IMG/VR virus record: IMGVR_UViG_3300048031_000576
Location: 1 to 57,051 of that record
From: a virus
Lineage: Duplodnaviria > Caudoviricetes
Length of the DNA stretch: 57,051 nucleotides
Reading direction: 5' to 3' (one strand)
Shown here: piece after piece, positions 47,131-55,080 of the stretch
Layout: the number at the start of each line of letters is the position of its first letter
How positions within the stretch are numbered: the first letter of the stretch is position 1
The notes under the pieces: generated by a model
What the model was told of the DNA's origin: nothing
What the model saw: the letters and a program-made list of their open reading frames with translations, nothing else
The model's database searches: none
Translations under genes and position numbers: made by a program

Positions 47131-47994
47131 ATGAACACCTTGATCTTCGGTGACGTTCACGGGGACGCGAAGCCCCTTCTCTCCCTGCTGTCCCGCACTC
47201 GTGGGCTTATCGGTCCCGATGCTCCGCTCACCATCTACTCGGTGGGCGATCTCATCGACCGTGGCCCGGACTCCAAGCGGGTCATTGACCTGTGCATCCA
47301 GCACGGGGTCAGGAACCTGCTCGGGAACCACGAACTGTGGCTCCACGAGTGGATCACCACGGGCAAGGTGAACTCCAAGATCCCTCTGTCCTCTGCGATG
47401 GGTGGTGCGGCGACCCTGCGCTCCTACGGGATCGACCCGAATCAGAAGGCTGCTCGGGTCGATCCCGTCAGTGGTGGCGAACTCCTGCACGTCTCTTCCC
47501 GGTGGCTGGAGAAGGAACTCGACCGTGTGGTTCCACAGGAGCACCGCGAGTACATCGCCAACGGGGAACTGTGGGCCGATGTGCGCCACGGGGACACGAC
47601 CTACTTCATCTCACACGGTGGGATCTCTGAGTCGGCGGGGAGCGTGCTCTGGAATGATCCTGTCGTCGCCAATCTCCGAAACTCTGTGCCGAATCCGAAC
47701 CGTGCGACGAACACTCACTTCGCAGGGATGCTTTACGACACTCTGTTCAAGGTGGCACCGCAGCAGATCCTCTGGACGGGTGCGAAGAAGGGCAAGGTGT
47801 TTCGTCTTCCCGAGGGGTGTGTGCAGGTATTCGGTCACACACCGTGGCGTGGCGGCGCTGAGATTGCGGATCACTACGTCGCGCTCGACACCGGCTGCGG
47901 GACGCGCCCCCCATACAGGTTGTCGGGCCTGCTTCTTCATGCGGACGGTCGTCGGGAGATCCTCACCTGTAACCGCAGACTAAGTGCAGATTAG
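47131..47994 (+). CDS. Calcineurin-like metallophosphoesterase (lambda NinI/ApaH-type)
   Basis: GDVHG, GDLIDRG, GNHE, HGG, GHTP and DTG motifs. Confidence 0.9.
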   Translation: MNTLIFGDVHGDAKPLLSLLSRTRGLIGPDAPLTIYSVGDLIDRGPDSKRVIDLCIQHGVRNLLGNHELWLHEWITTGKVNSKIPLSSAMGGAATLRSYGIDPNQKAARVDPVSGGELLHVSSRWLEKELDRVVPQEHREYIANGELWADVRHGDTTYFISHGGISESAGSVLWNDPVVANLRNSVPNPNRATNTHFAGMLYDTLFKVAPQQILWTGAKKGKVFRLPEGCVQVFGHTPWRGGAEIADHYVALDTGCGTRPPYRLSGLLLHADGRREILTCNRRLSAD

Positions 47995-48040
47995 CGGTAG
48001 TCCGGCTATCACTCCCCCCCTTATCAGGAGGGTGATAGCC
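47995..48040 (+). promoter_or_regulatory. Putative late promoter with an overlapping RBS-flanking hairpin
   Basis: CGGTA gtccgg CTAT; inverted repeat GGCTATCAC/GTGATAGCC (48004-48040). Confidence 0.6.
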
Positions 48041-48041
48041 A

Positions 48042-49196
48042 GTGAGCACCGAAGTCCAAGCGGGATTCCCTTGTCCTCACTTGATCGTTGAGGAGATTGT
48101 TTCCTTGGGGTCAGACCGCAGGAGTCTTGAGACTCGGGCACCGATAGCCAGTGCTCCCTCTGTGCGGGTTTTGGTGAACAACCAGATCTACGTTCCACCA
48201 GGAGGCTTTTCCTCACAGGCGGTGCTTCAAGGGGGTGCGGGGCCTTACCGGATTGAACGCTGCACGGGGTTGAAGGGTTCCACCGAGAATCAGATAACGG
48301 TGACCTCAAGCGTTGGCACGGCTACGGTCTCGTTGCCCTTGGGATCACGGGTCAAGGTTGCAGACCTTGAGCGGGCGCTGAAGTTGACCTCTTTGGACTC
48401 TCTGGTGACGATCTCGGTGCGGGGAGGGTCGATCACTTTTTCAGACACGGCGACAACGGGGGCACGTTCTTTCGTCCGGGTCACCGGGGAGGGTGCGTCA
48501 GCATTGCGTTTTACGCAGCGTGGTGCTCGCGGTCGCTTGGTATATCCAGGGTGGGATCTGATCTCACGTCAGGACGTATATCCCAGTGTAACGGCACGCG
48601 GTTTGATCCCGGTCGCCGCGAGATACCCGCGCTTTAATAAGCCCGTGCCAGGAAATCCCGTCATCAAGGTCACATATGCCGCAATGCCTGAGCGGTGTCC
48701 GAGGTGTCAGGCGACGTATGTGGAGAACGACTACCGCTTTGACCTGGAAGGTCAGATCAGGATTATCCAGAACGAGGATCTGCTGTACCAAACCTGTCTA
48801 AAAGCAATTCTGACCCTGAAGGGCAGCAACCCGTACCATCCTGGATATGGTTCCTCCGTGATGTCCCGAGTGGGGCGCAAGAGTACGCAAGCCTCTGCGG
48901 CTCGGATTCGGGAGGACGTAATCAACGCCTTGTCTCAGGTACAAGGCGTTCAGTCTCAGCAGCGGAAGTACCAACAGGTCAAAGACCGTGAGAGGCTGTA
49001 CCGGGTAAATTCAGTCACGGTAACACCTTCCCCGAATGACCCCACGGTGTTCCATCTGGACATCTCAGTGACAAACGGAACAGGCAAGCCCGTTAGCCTG
49101 AACATCGTGTACTCAGCCCCCGGAGCGGTGGCGTTAGCAGGTTCAAACGGCCAGTCTTTGGGTGCCCCGTCTTCTCAACGCTTCTTGATAGAGTAG
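48042..49196 (+). CDS. Baseplate wedge protein with C-terminal gp25/GpW-like domain
   Basis: LYQTCLKAILTLKGSNPYHPGYGS matches the gp25 T..G..P..P.YG pattern; precedes a J-like gene. Confidence 0.75.
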   Translation: MSTEVQAGFPCPHLIVEEIVSLGSDRRSLETRAPIASAPSVRVLVNNQIYVPPGGFSSQAVLQGGAGPYRIERCTGLKGSTENQITVTSSVGTATVSLPLGSRVKVADLERALKLTSLDSLVTISVRGGSITFSDTATTGARSFVRVTGEGASALRFTQRGARGRLVYPGWDLISRQDVYPSVTARGLIPVAARYPRFNKPVPGNPVIKVTYAAMPERCPRCQATYVENDYRFDLEGQIRIIQNEDLLYQTCLKAILTLKGSNPYHPGYGSSVMSRVGRKSTQASAARIREDVINALSQVQGVQSQQRKYQQVKDRERLYRVNSVTVTPSPNDPTVFHLDISVTNGTGKPVSLNIVYSAPGAVALAGSNGQSLGAPSSQRFLIE

Positions 49197-49200
49197 TCGA

Positions 49201-52200
49201 ATGACAACCCCACAAATTCTTGGTCCCGACAACGTGCTTCGTCAGGTGGTGGTGTTCAGCACCACGTTAGACACGCGCCTCTTCAGCGGCACGATCCCAG
49301 AAAGCAGCATCGACGTTCAAGTCGCCATCAACGGGTCGGGCTTTTCGTCCGACGACACCTTGATCCAATGGGGAGACGGGTCATGGCTGGTTCCGAATCC
49401 TGCGTATGAGCCGGAAGGATTGGTTCTTCTTGAGGGTCAGAACACCATCGAGGTCAGGGCGCTCTTGCCCTCTGGATCTGTGACCCCCCCTGCCCGTGCT
49501 GAGGTTCGGTTGATCTCGGATGCCTCTGTAGGAGTCACCGCGACGGCTCCTACGAACATCTCGGTGAACCAAAACAACAACTCGGTGACCATCCAGGCCG
49601 AGGAAGTCGCTTCTACGGGATTCCGTGGAATGAACTTTTATGCTTCTCAGTTCGCGGGTGGTGGGGTCACAGGGTACGCCCGGATCAACGTCGCTCGTGT
49701 GGCTGAAGGCACGGTAACGAAAGAAGTCGAGCAGTTTGCTTCTCAGGCATCAGACATTGAGGTGAAGGTTGACGCGGCGGGAACCCCCGTCGCGGACCCC
49801 CTGTATTTCCGTGTCACCGGCCAGCAGGAAGATCAGAACGAGAATGTTTTACAGTCGGACATTGATGTTCGATACGAGGTGCCTGAGACAGCCCGTAAGA
49901 TCAGGATGAGTCTGATCCTGGATCAAGTACGTGACGTGACCTTGTATTCATTCCTCCACAGCCGTCAGGCGGGTCCAACCTCGACGCCCGCCACGGTGCG
50001 TGTGAGTTCTTTCACCAATCTGGGCGCTGACCAGCCCCTCTACTACGTCGCTACTGCGGTGTTCTTCGATGAGAGTCAGAACATCGAGTATGAATCGTCA
50101 TTCTCCCCAGAGGTGGTGGCTCACCCCGAGTTGGTGACTACGGCTATTGGGTCAATCCCTACCGTGTCCCGTCAGGACATCGTAAAGCAGTTCATCACCG
50201 CGATTTTCCGGTCTAATCCACAGGTACGTGTTGAGGCTGGGAGTGTCCTTCGGGACACGGTGATTGACCCTTATGCCTCCGAGAGTGAGCGTCTGAGGTT
50301 CCTGCTGGACTTCTACAACCGTGCTCGCACCCCCACGCTGCTTCTTCAAGTGGATGACCCTACAGGGAGCGGTGTCAGCACCCCGGTCAGCCAGTCGGGC
50401 TACAAGCAGGCGTTGAAGGTCGCGTTGTACCTCAGCAGTGATGCGGAGGTACAATCCCTGATCGATTCCGCTTTTGAGGCGTATGCGAGCAACTTTGGTG
50501 TGCGTCGTAGGACGGGTACGGCTTCCTTGGGTGAAGTGTTGTTCTTCACCTCCACTCGTCCGGAGGCGACGATCTTGATCCCGTTGGGGACGACGGTATC
50601 TGGCGGCAGTGTGTCGTTCTCTACTACCCGTGGGGCGTCTATCGCGGCGGGTCAGATTGCTTCCTACTACAACCCGATCTCAGGAACGTATCAGGTAGCA
50701 CTTCCTGTGCAGGCTACGACAACGGGATCGTCCACCAATATTGGAGTGGGTCAGGTCAACCGCGTGGTGTCCAGCGTGGGGGTGAGCAATCTACAGGTGA
50801 CGAACCTCGCAGCGATGGCTGGTGGACAGGACTCAGAGAGCAACCTCGCATTGACCACACGGGTACTCAACCGGCTGGCATCGGTGGATTCAGGCACCGA
50901 GCGCGGGTACTTGCAGACGGCTGCTGATGTTCCCGGCGTGGTCAAAGCCAACGTGGTCGCCGCTGGCAACCCCCTCATGCAACGAGATCTGAACACAGAC
51001 GATGAACACAAGGGAGGCAAGGTAGACATCTGGGTGCAGGGTGAGAACCTTGCCACAATCACCGACACTTTTGCGTTCACCTACGAGATCAGTCAGGACG
51101 TTCAGTTTGAGGTATTGGATGTCAGCACACTGTTGTTCCGGGCTGTGGACAGCACCTTGTCCGAGAGCAGCCCGATAGCGGAGATGCTGGACAACGCGGC
51201 AGAGGGCCTGGAGTTCGTGAACGCTTCAACGGGTGAGGTTTTTGATCTCACCGGGGTGGTGATCAAGACGTACAACACGGTCCAACTGGATACGAGCCTT
51301 GCTCAGCCAGCGGTGGCTCTGACGGATGTTGTTCTGGGCTCATACCGAAAGCAGTCGGGAAGTCAGTTCGTGCTCCCGCGTCAACCCGTTGCGGGAATCA
51401 CTTCCGTCGTGGGGACGGTGAGCAGCACTCTTCCGGAAGATGCGTACCTACTCGCACACCCAAACGCGCCGTTGGACACAGGACGCTCTTCCTTGGCCGG
51501 GGACTATCTTCAAATCAACGGGTACACCGACAGCACCGGAACGGTGCTCCCAACGGGTGCCACCGTTCCGGTGTCCGATGAGTCTCATGTGCTGATCGGT
51601 CAGTACCCTGAGTTCTTGGACAGCCTTGGGGCCAACTACCTAAGCATCGTAGTCAAGAGCGCGGATGGGCTTACCACCTACGCAGGTCCAAATGACCCCA
51701 GCGGAGTTCCAGATTATCAGATCTCTCTGGGCACCCAGACCACTGCCGTCAGCATTACCCGCACGGAAACAAGCCTGATTCCCAATGGTGCCACGGTGCT
51801 GATCTCCTATGAACATGATGAGAATTTCACGGTCACCTACACAACAAACCTGATTGTCAGCCTGACTCAAGACTCGGTGGACGCGAGAAAGCATGCCACG
51901 GCAGATGTGCTGGTAAAGGAAGCGATCCCGGCATCGCTTGACCTGGAGGCTACGGTCGTAGTGATCCGAGGGAGGGACTCCAGCACGGTAGACACAGCCC
52001 TCCGCACGAATCTAAGCAACTTCTTCAATAACCTTCGGATCGGTGATCCCGTCCGCCAATCCGATGTGGTGAATGTGATCGAGCAGACCAACGGTGTCTC
52101 ATATGTCCTGCTGCCACTGACCCGCATGGTCCGGCAAGAGGGGGGCACGGTCGTTCGGGAAAGCCTGTCCACGGACACCTCTGCGGAGAGCGTACTGTTG

Positions 52201-52662
52201 ACGAGCCTGAGCACCAACGCCGCTGTGGTGTACCTCTTGACTCAAGAACTGGCGGCGGCAACCACCAATGGTGGGGGGCAGGAGGGCGACTTCAAGGGTG
52301 TCTTCCAAGATGATGCCGCTCTTGACCTTCTGGCAGGGTCAACCATTCTGGAGTCCTTGGGGGTGTCTACGGGGTTGGCATATATCATTGGATCCGGGGG
52401 TGCCGTGATCGAGGGCTACTCCGATGACGCCACATTAATCTCACAGGGGTTTGTGAAAGAAGGAGGAAGGAAACGTGAACGCCTCCGACTGACGGCAAAT
52501 CGGGTTTCGGTATCTATGGCTATTGGGGATGCCCCTGTGAATCACACTTACGCTGTGACATATGTCGTAGGTAATGACTCGGGGGCAAAAAACATAGATC
52601 CTGGTGCTGCTGAGTATTGCCGGGAAGGTTCATTTACCTTCACTTATGATGAAGATCGGTAG
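49201..52662 (+). CDS. Baseplate J-like protein
   Basis: GSVLRD, ASNFGVRR...G.V.F, IPLGT.V, G...N.G.G.V, GGQDSES..L..R and GGKVDIWV. Confidence 0.85.
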   Translation: MTTPQILGPDNVLRQVVVFSTTLDTRLFSGTIPESSIDVQVAINGSGFSSDDTLIQWGDGSWLVPNPAYEPEGLVLLEGQNTIEVRALLPSGSVTPPARAEVRLISDASVGVTATAPTNISVNQNNNSVTIQAEEVASTGFRGMNFYASQFAGGGVTGYARINVARVAEGTVTKEVEQFASQASDIEVKVDAAGTPVADPLYFRVTGQQEDQNENVLQSDIDVRYEVPETARKIRMSLILDQVRDVTLYSFLHSRQAGPTSTPATVRVSSFTNLGADQPLYYVATAVFFDESQNIEYESSFSPEVVAHPELVTTAIGSIPTVSRQDIVKQFITAIFRSNPQVRVEAGSVLRDTVIDPYASESERLRFLLDFYNRARTPTLLLQVDDPTGSGVSTPVSQSGYKQALKVALYLSSDAEVQSLIDSAFEAYASNFGVRRRTGTASLGEVLFFTSTRPEATILIPLGTTVSGGSVSFSTTRGASIAAGQIASYYNPISGTYQVALPVQATTTGSSTNIGVGQVNRVVSSVGVSNLQVTNLAAMAGGQDSESNLALTTRVLNRLASVDSGTERGYLQTAADVPGVVKANVVAAGNPLMQRDLNTDDEHKGGKVDIWVQGENLATITDTFAFTYEISQDVQFEVLDVSTLLFRAVDSTLSESSPIAEMLDNAAEGLEFVNASTGEVFDLTGVVIKTYNTVQLDTSLAQPAVALTDVVLGSYRKQSGSQFVLPRQPVAGITSVVGTVSSTLPEDAYLLAHPNAPLDTGRSSLAGDYLQINGYTDSTGTVLPTGATVPVSDESHVLIGQYPEFLDSLGANYLSIVVKSADGLTTYAGPNDPSGVPDYQISLGTQTTAVSITRTETSLIPNGATVLISYEHDENFTVTYTTNLIVSLTQDSVDARKHATADVLVKEAIPASLDLEATVVVIRGRDSSTVDTALRTNLSNFFNNLRIGDPVRQSDVVNVIEQTNGVSYVLLPLTRMVRQEGGTVVRESLSTDTSAESVLLTSLSTNAAVVYLLTQELAAATTNGGGQEGDFKGVFQDDAALDLLAGSTILESLGVSTGLAYIIGSGGAVIEGYSDDATLISQGFVKEGGRKRERLRLTANRVSVSMAIGDAPVNHTYAVTYVVGNDSGAKNIDPGAAEYCREGSFTFTYDEDR

Positions 52663-52671
52663 GTGGTCTAT
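52657..52671 (+). promoter_or_regulatory. Putative late promoter
   Basis: CGGTA ggtggt CTAT. Confidence 0.5.
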
Positions 52672-52719
52672 GTAGGGGGCTACTCTATGTAAATCCCCTC
52701 TTTCGCAGGACACCTTGCC

Positions 52720-53454
52720 ATGCGGGTTTATGAGACCCTTGTCTATGTGGGTGAGCAACTCCATACCCCCTTCCTTTTAGGATCCGTGCCAGAACCCGGA
52801 TCGGGGGAGGTTCTGATTCAGTACGCCAACAAGGCGGCTCGCCTACTCTTTGGAGACCGGAATCTGGCCGGAACTGATCTCAGTTCCTTGATGACAACGG
52901 ACATCGCAGCACAACAGCAGAAGTTCGTCCGCGAACACCTCTCCGACCCACTTCTCAAGAAAGCAAGAGATCTGACGTTCAATATTGACGGAACACAGGT
53001 CGAAACCAGAACTCATCTGGCGCACCTCAAAATAAACTCCGAGGAATACCTACTGATACTGATGCAAGACCAGACGGAAAACGCGAGACAGATGAAGGGT
53101 GCCCTACAAGAACTGGGGGAACTCCGCGCCGAAGCCGAAAGATCACGCGGGGAATCGGAAGCCAGCCTCAGACGACAGGAAACACTGAGCAATCAGGTCA
53201 GCCTCCTCCTGGAAAACCTCGGGAATAAGAAGGATAAGCAAAACTTCGACCGTAGATCTCTGGGGGCCGGGTTCAACCGACGTCAGTTGTTCGTCGGATT
53301 GCTATGCCTTGTGATCTTGTTGGGTGGCGCTTCCGTTGCCTCGGGCACGGCTAATCCAGAATCCCTCGCGGTTTTGGAACGACTCTTGTTAGTGCTCACG
53401 GGTGCCGTCGCCGCTCTCACCTCGGGTGTGCTGGACCCTCGGAACAAGCCATAG
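52720..53454 (+). CDS. PAS-like domain, coiled coil and two C-terminal transmembrane helices
   Basis: IQYANKAARLLFG...LAG..L..LM is a PAS signature; two hydrophobic C-terminal segments. Confidence 0.65.
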   Translation: MRVYETLVYVGEQLHTPFLLGSVPEPGSGEVLIQYANKAARLLFGDRNLAGTDLSSLMTTDIAAQQQKFVREHLSDPLLKKARDLTFNIDGTQVETRTHLAHLKINSEEYLLILMQDQTENARQMKGALQELGELRAEAERSRGESEASLRRQETLSNQVSLLLENLGNKKDKQNFDRRSLGAGFNRRQLFVGLLCLVILLGGASVASGTANPESLAVLERLLLVLTGAVAALTSGVLDPRNKP

Positions 53455-53521
53455 CCTTTGCCCCGGACGATGGTTTGTAGGTTCGGTATATAGTCAGGTC
53501 CAAGACCACGGCACCACGTTC

Positions 53522-53572
53522 CGTTGACCTCTCTATATTGGAGCATGGGGTGAAGGAGATTTCACCCCATGC
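53522..53572 (+). promoter_or_regulatory. Putative late promoter and 12-bp hairpin sequestering the start codon
   Basis: CGTTG acctct CTAT N11 GGGTGAAG; GCATGGGGTGAA-GGAGAT-TTCACCCCATGC. Confidence 0.6.
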
Positions 53573-54717
53573 CCTCCCGAACCGCCCAGAGAGTAGCCGC
53601 CCGGTACGTTCGTACCGCTACCCGTGGCAGGACCGTGGCAAACCAGTCCAGAAACAAGCACTCGGATGCCGCCCACTGGGCTGACAGCATCGCGAAGGAA
53701 CTGGCTCGGATGCTCCCCGGAGGCAAGAAGCATCGGGTTCTCGGTCGCGTCGAGTATGACAACGGCTTCATCAGCCTCATCTCTGGTGTGGGTCGGGCAT
53801 CCAATGGCACCGAGTTCTTCTACGCGAAGCCTGCCTACTACGCTAAGAGTGCTTTCAAGCCCGGTCACGGCTTCGTGATGCACCCCCGCTACATGAACAA
53901 GGCGATTGTCGAGGATCGGGGGGGTGCTCGCCCCCGTGAACTCGCCCAGAAGATCATGGCCGAACTGAGGCGTCAGCCTTTCGGGTCGTTGTCCGTGGGC
54001 GACGAGTCCTCCCTCGATGAACTCGCCTACTACGGGCTGGACGGGCTACTGGAAGGCAAGCCCGCCACGCTGTACCACGGCACGACGGCGTGGTTTCGGA
54101 AGTTCGACCGGTCCAAGTCCCGTGATGAACTGGTCAACCAGTTCTACGGTTCGGGCATCTTCCTGACCCCGAAGAAGTCGGTGGCGGGGCGGTACGCAAA
54201 CGCCAACCGCAACATCGGCTTCCCGCCCGAGATCATCAAGGACTTCAAGCGAGTGGACCCCAAGGGCGGTGCCTTCATGGAAGCCCTCTACAAGAACGGT
54301 GTCCCTGTATGGGATGACATAGATTGGGATAGTGATGAGGCTGATTGGTATCGGGAGGATAACACTGCCAACGAAATAACGGATGTGGCGGGGTGGATCA
54401 TCGGCAGCAAGGTCAAGCGGCTGAAGGATAAGGGTTTCGTCAACATCTTCTCGATGGACAGCGGGATGCCCGAGTACATCTACGACAGGTTGGATCACCT
54501 CGGCCTGAACTCGTTGAAGTACCGCCCCAAGGTCTACACGGTCACGGCGAACGTGAAGTACCCTCTGGTGACGGCATCAAAGTCGGAGGCTCGGAAGGCG
54601 AAGTCGAAGGGGTACGACAGTGTGATCTACACCGGGTCGGACCTCGTGGATGGGGTACCCGAAGTGGCGGTGTACGATCCCCGGAAGGTCCGCATCGAGA
54701 AGGTCGAGGAGTGGTAG
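53569..54717 (+). CDS. RVAARY-tagged protein with ADP-ribosyltransferase-like domain
   Basis: N-terminal TAQRVAARY; LYHGT..F.KFD...GSGIFLT....A.RYA...GYDSVIY...EVAVYDP. Confidence 0.75.
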   Translation: MPSRTAQRVAARYVRTATRGRTVANQSRNKHSDAAHWADSIAKELARMLPGGKKHRVLGRVEYDNGFISLISGVGRASNGTEFFYAKPAYYAKSAFKPGHGFVMHPRYMNKAIVEDRGGARPRELAQKIMAELRRQPFGSLSVGDESSLDELAYYGLDGLLEGKPATLYHGTTAWFRKFDRSKSRDELVNQFYGSGIFLTPKKSVAGRYANANRNIGFPPEIIKDFKRVDPKGGAFMEALYKNGVPVWDDIDWDSDEADWYREDNTANEITDVAGWIIGSKVKRLKDKGFVNIFSMDSGMPEYIYDRLDHLGLNSLKYRPKVYTVTANVKYPLVTASKSEARKAKSKGYDSVIYTGSDLVDGVPEVAVYDPRKVRIEKVEEW

Positions 54718-54840
54718 CGGACGGGTACTCTCTGTGTGTGGAGGTTCCCCCTCTGCCCGTAGGCACGCGGGGCGTAGTGAAGAAGCGGGAGAAGAACTAC
54801 TTCCTTGATGGATTCTTGAAGTAGCCTTCCGGCTGTTCCC

Positions 54841-54855
54841 CGGTATCTGGCCTAT
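54841..54855 (+). promoter_or_regulatory. Putative late promoter
   Basis: CGGTA tctggc CTAT. Confidence 0.55.
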
Positions 54856-54889
54856 GGGCTCCCACCTGTATGGCTGATGGGAGTGAACC

Positions 54890-54997
54890 ATGGGCACAGG
54901 ACGGAAGCCGATCTCTGGAGCCATCGCAGACGGCACCGCCATGTCCACAAGCGCAAAGCGCGTAGCGTCCCGGTGGTTCGTGGAGGATGCCGACTGA
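54890..54997 (+). CDS. 35-aa peptide consisting largely of the RVASRW tag (absent from the ORF track)
   Basis: GGGAG RBS; MGTGRKPISGAIADGTAMSTSAKRVASRWFVEDAD. Confidence 0.5.
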   Translation: MGTGRKPISGAIADGTAMSTSAKRVASRWFVEDAD

Positions 54998-55080
54998 ACC
55001 CCTGTGACTGCGACTGGGGCTACTCGGTCAGGGAGTCACGACACGAGGTGGTCGTTCAGGTCGATGTCATCGCCCCTTGA

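Noticed and set aside
48042-52662. Bacterial eCIS/tailocin/T6SS locus
   Set aside because: Baseplate genes are interspersed with phage replication genes and no host housekeeping genes are seen
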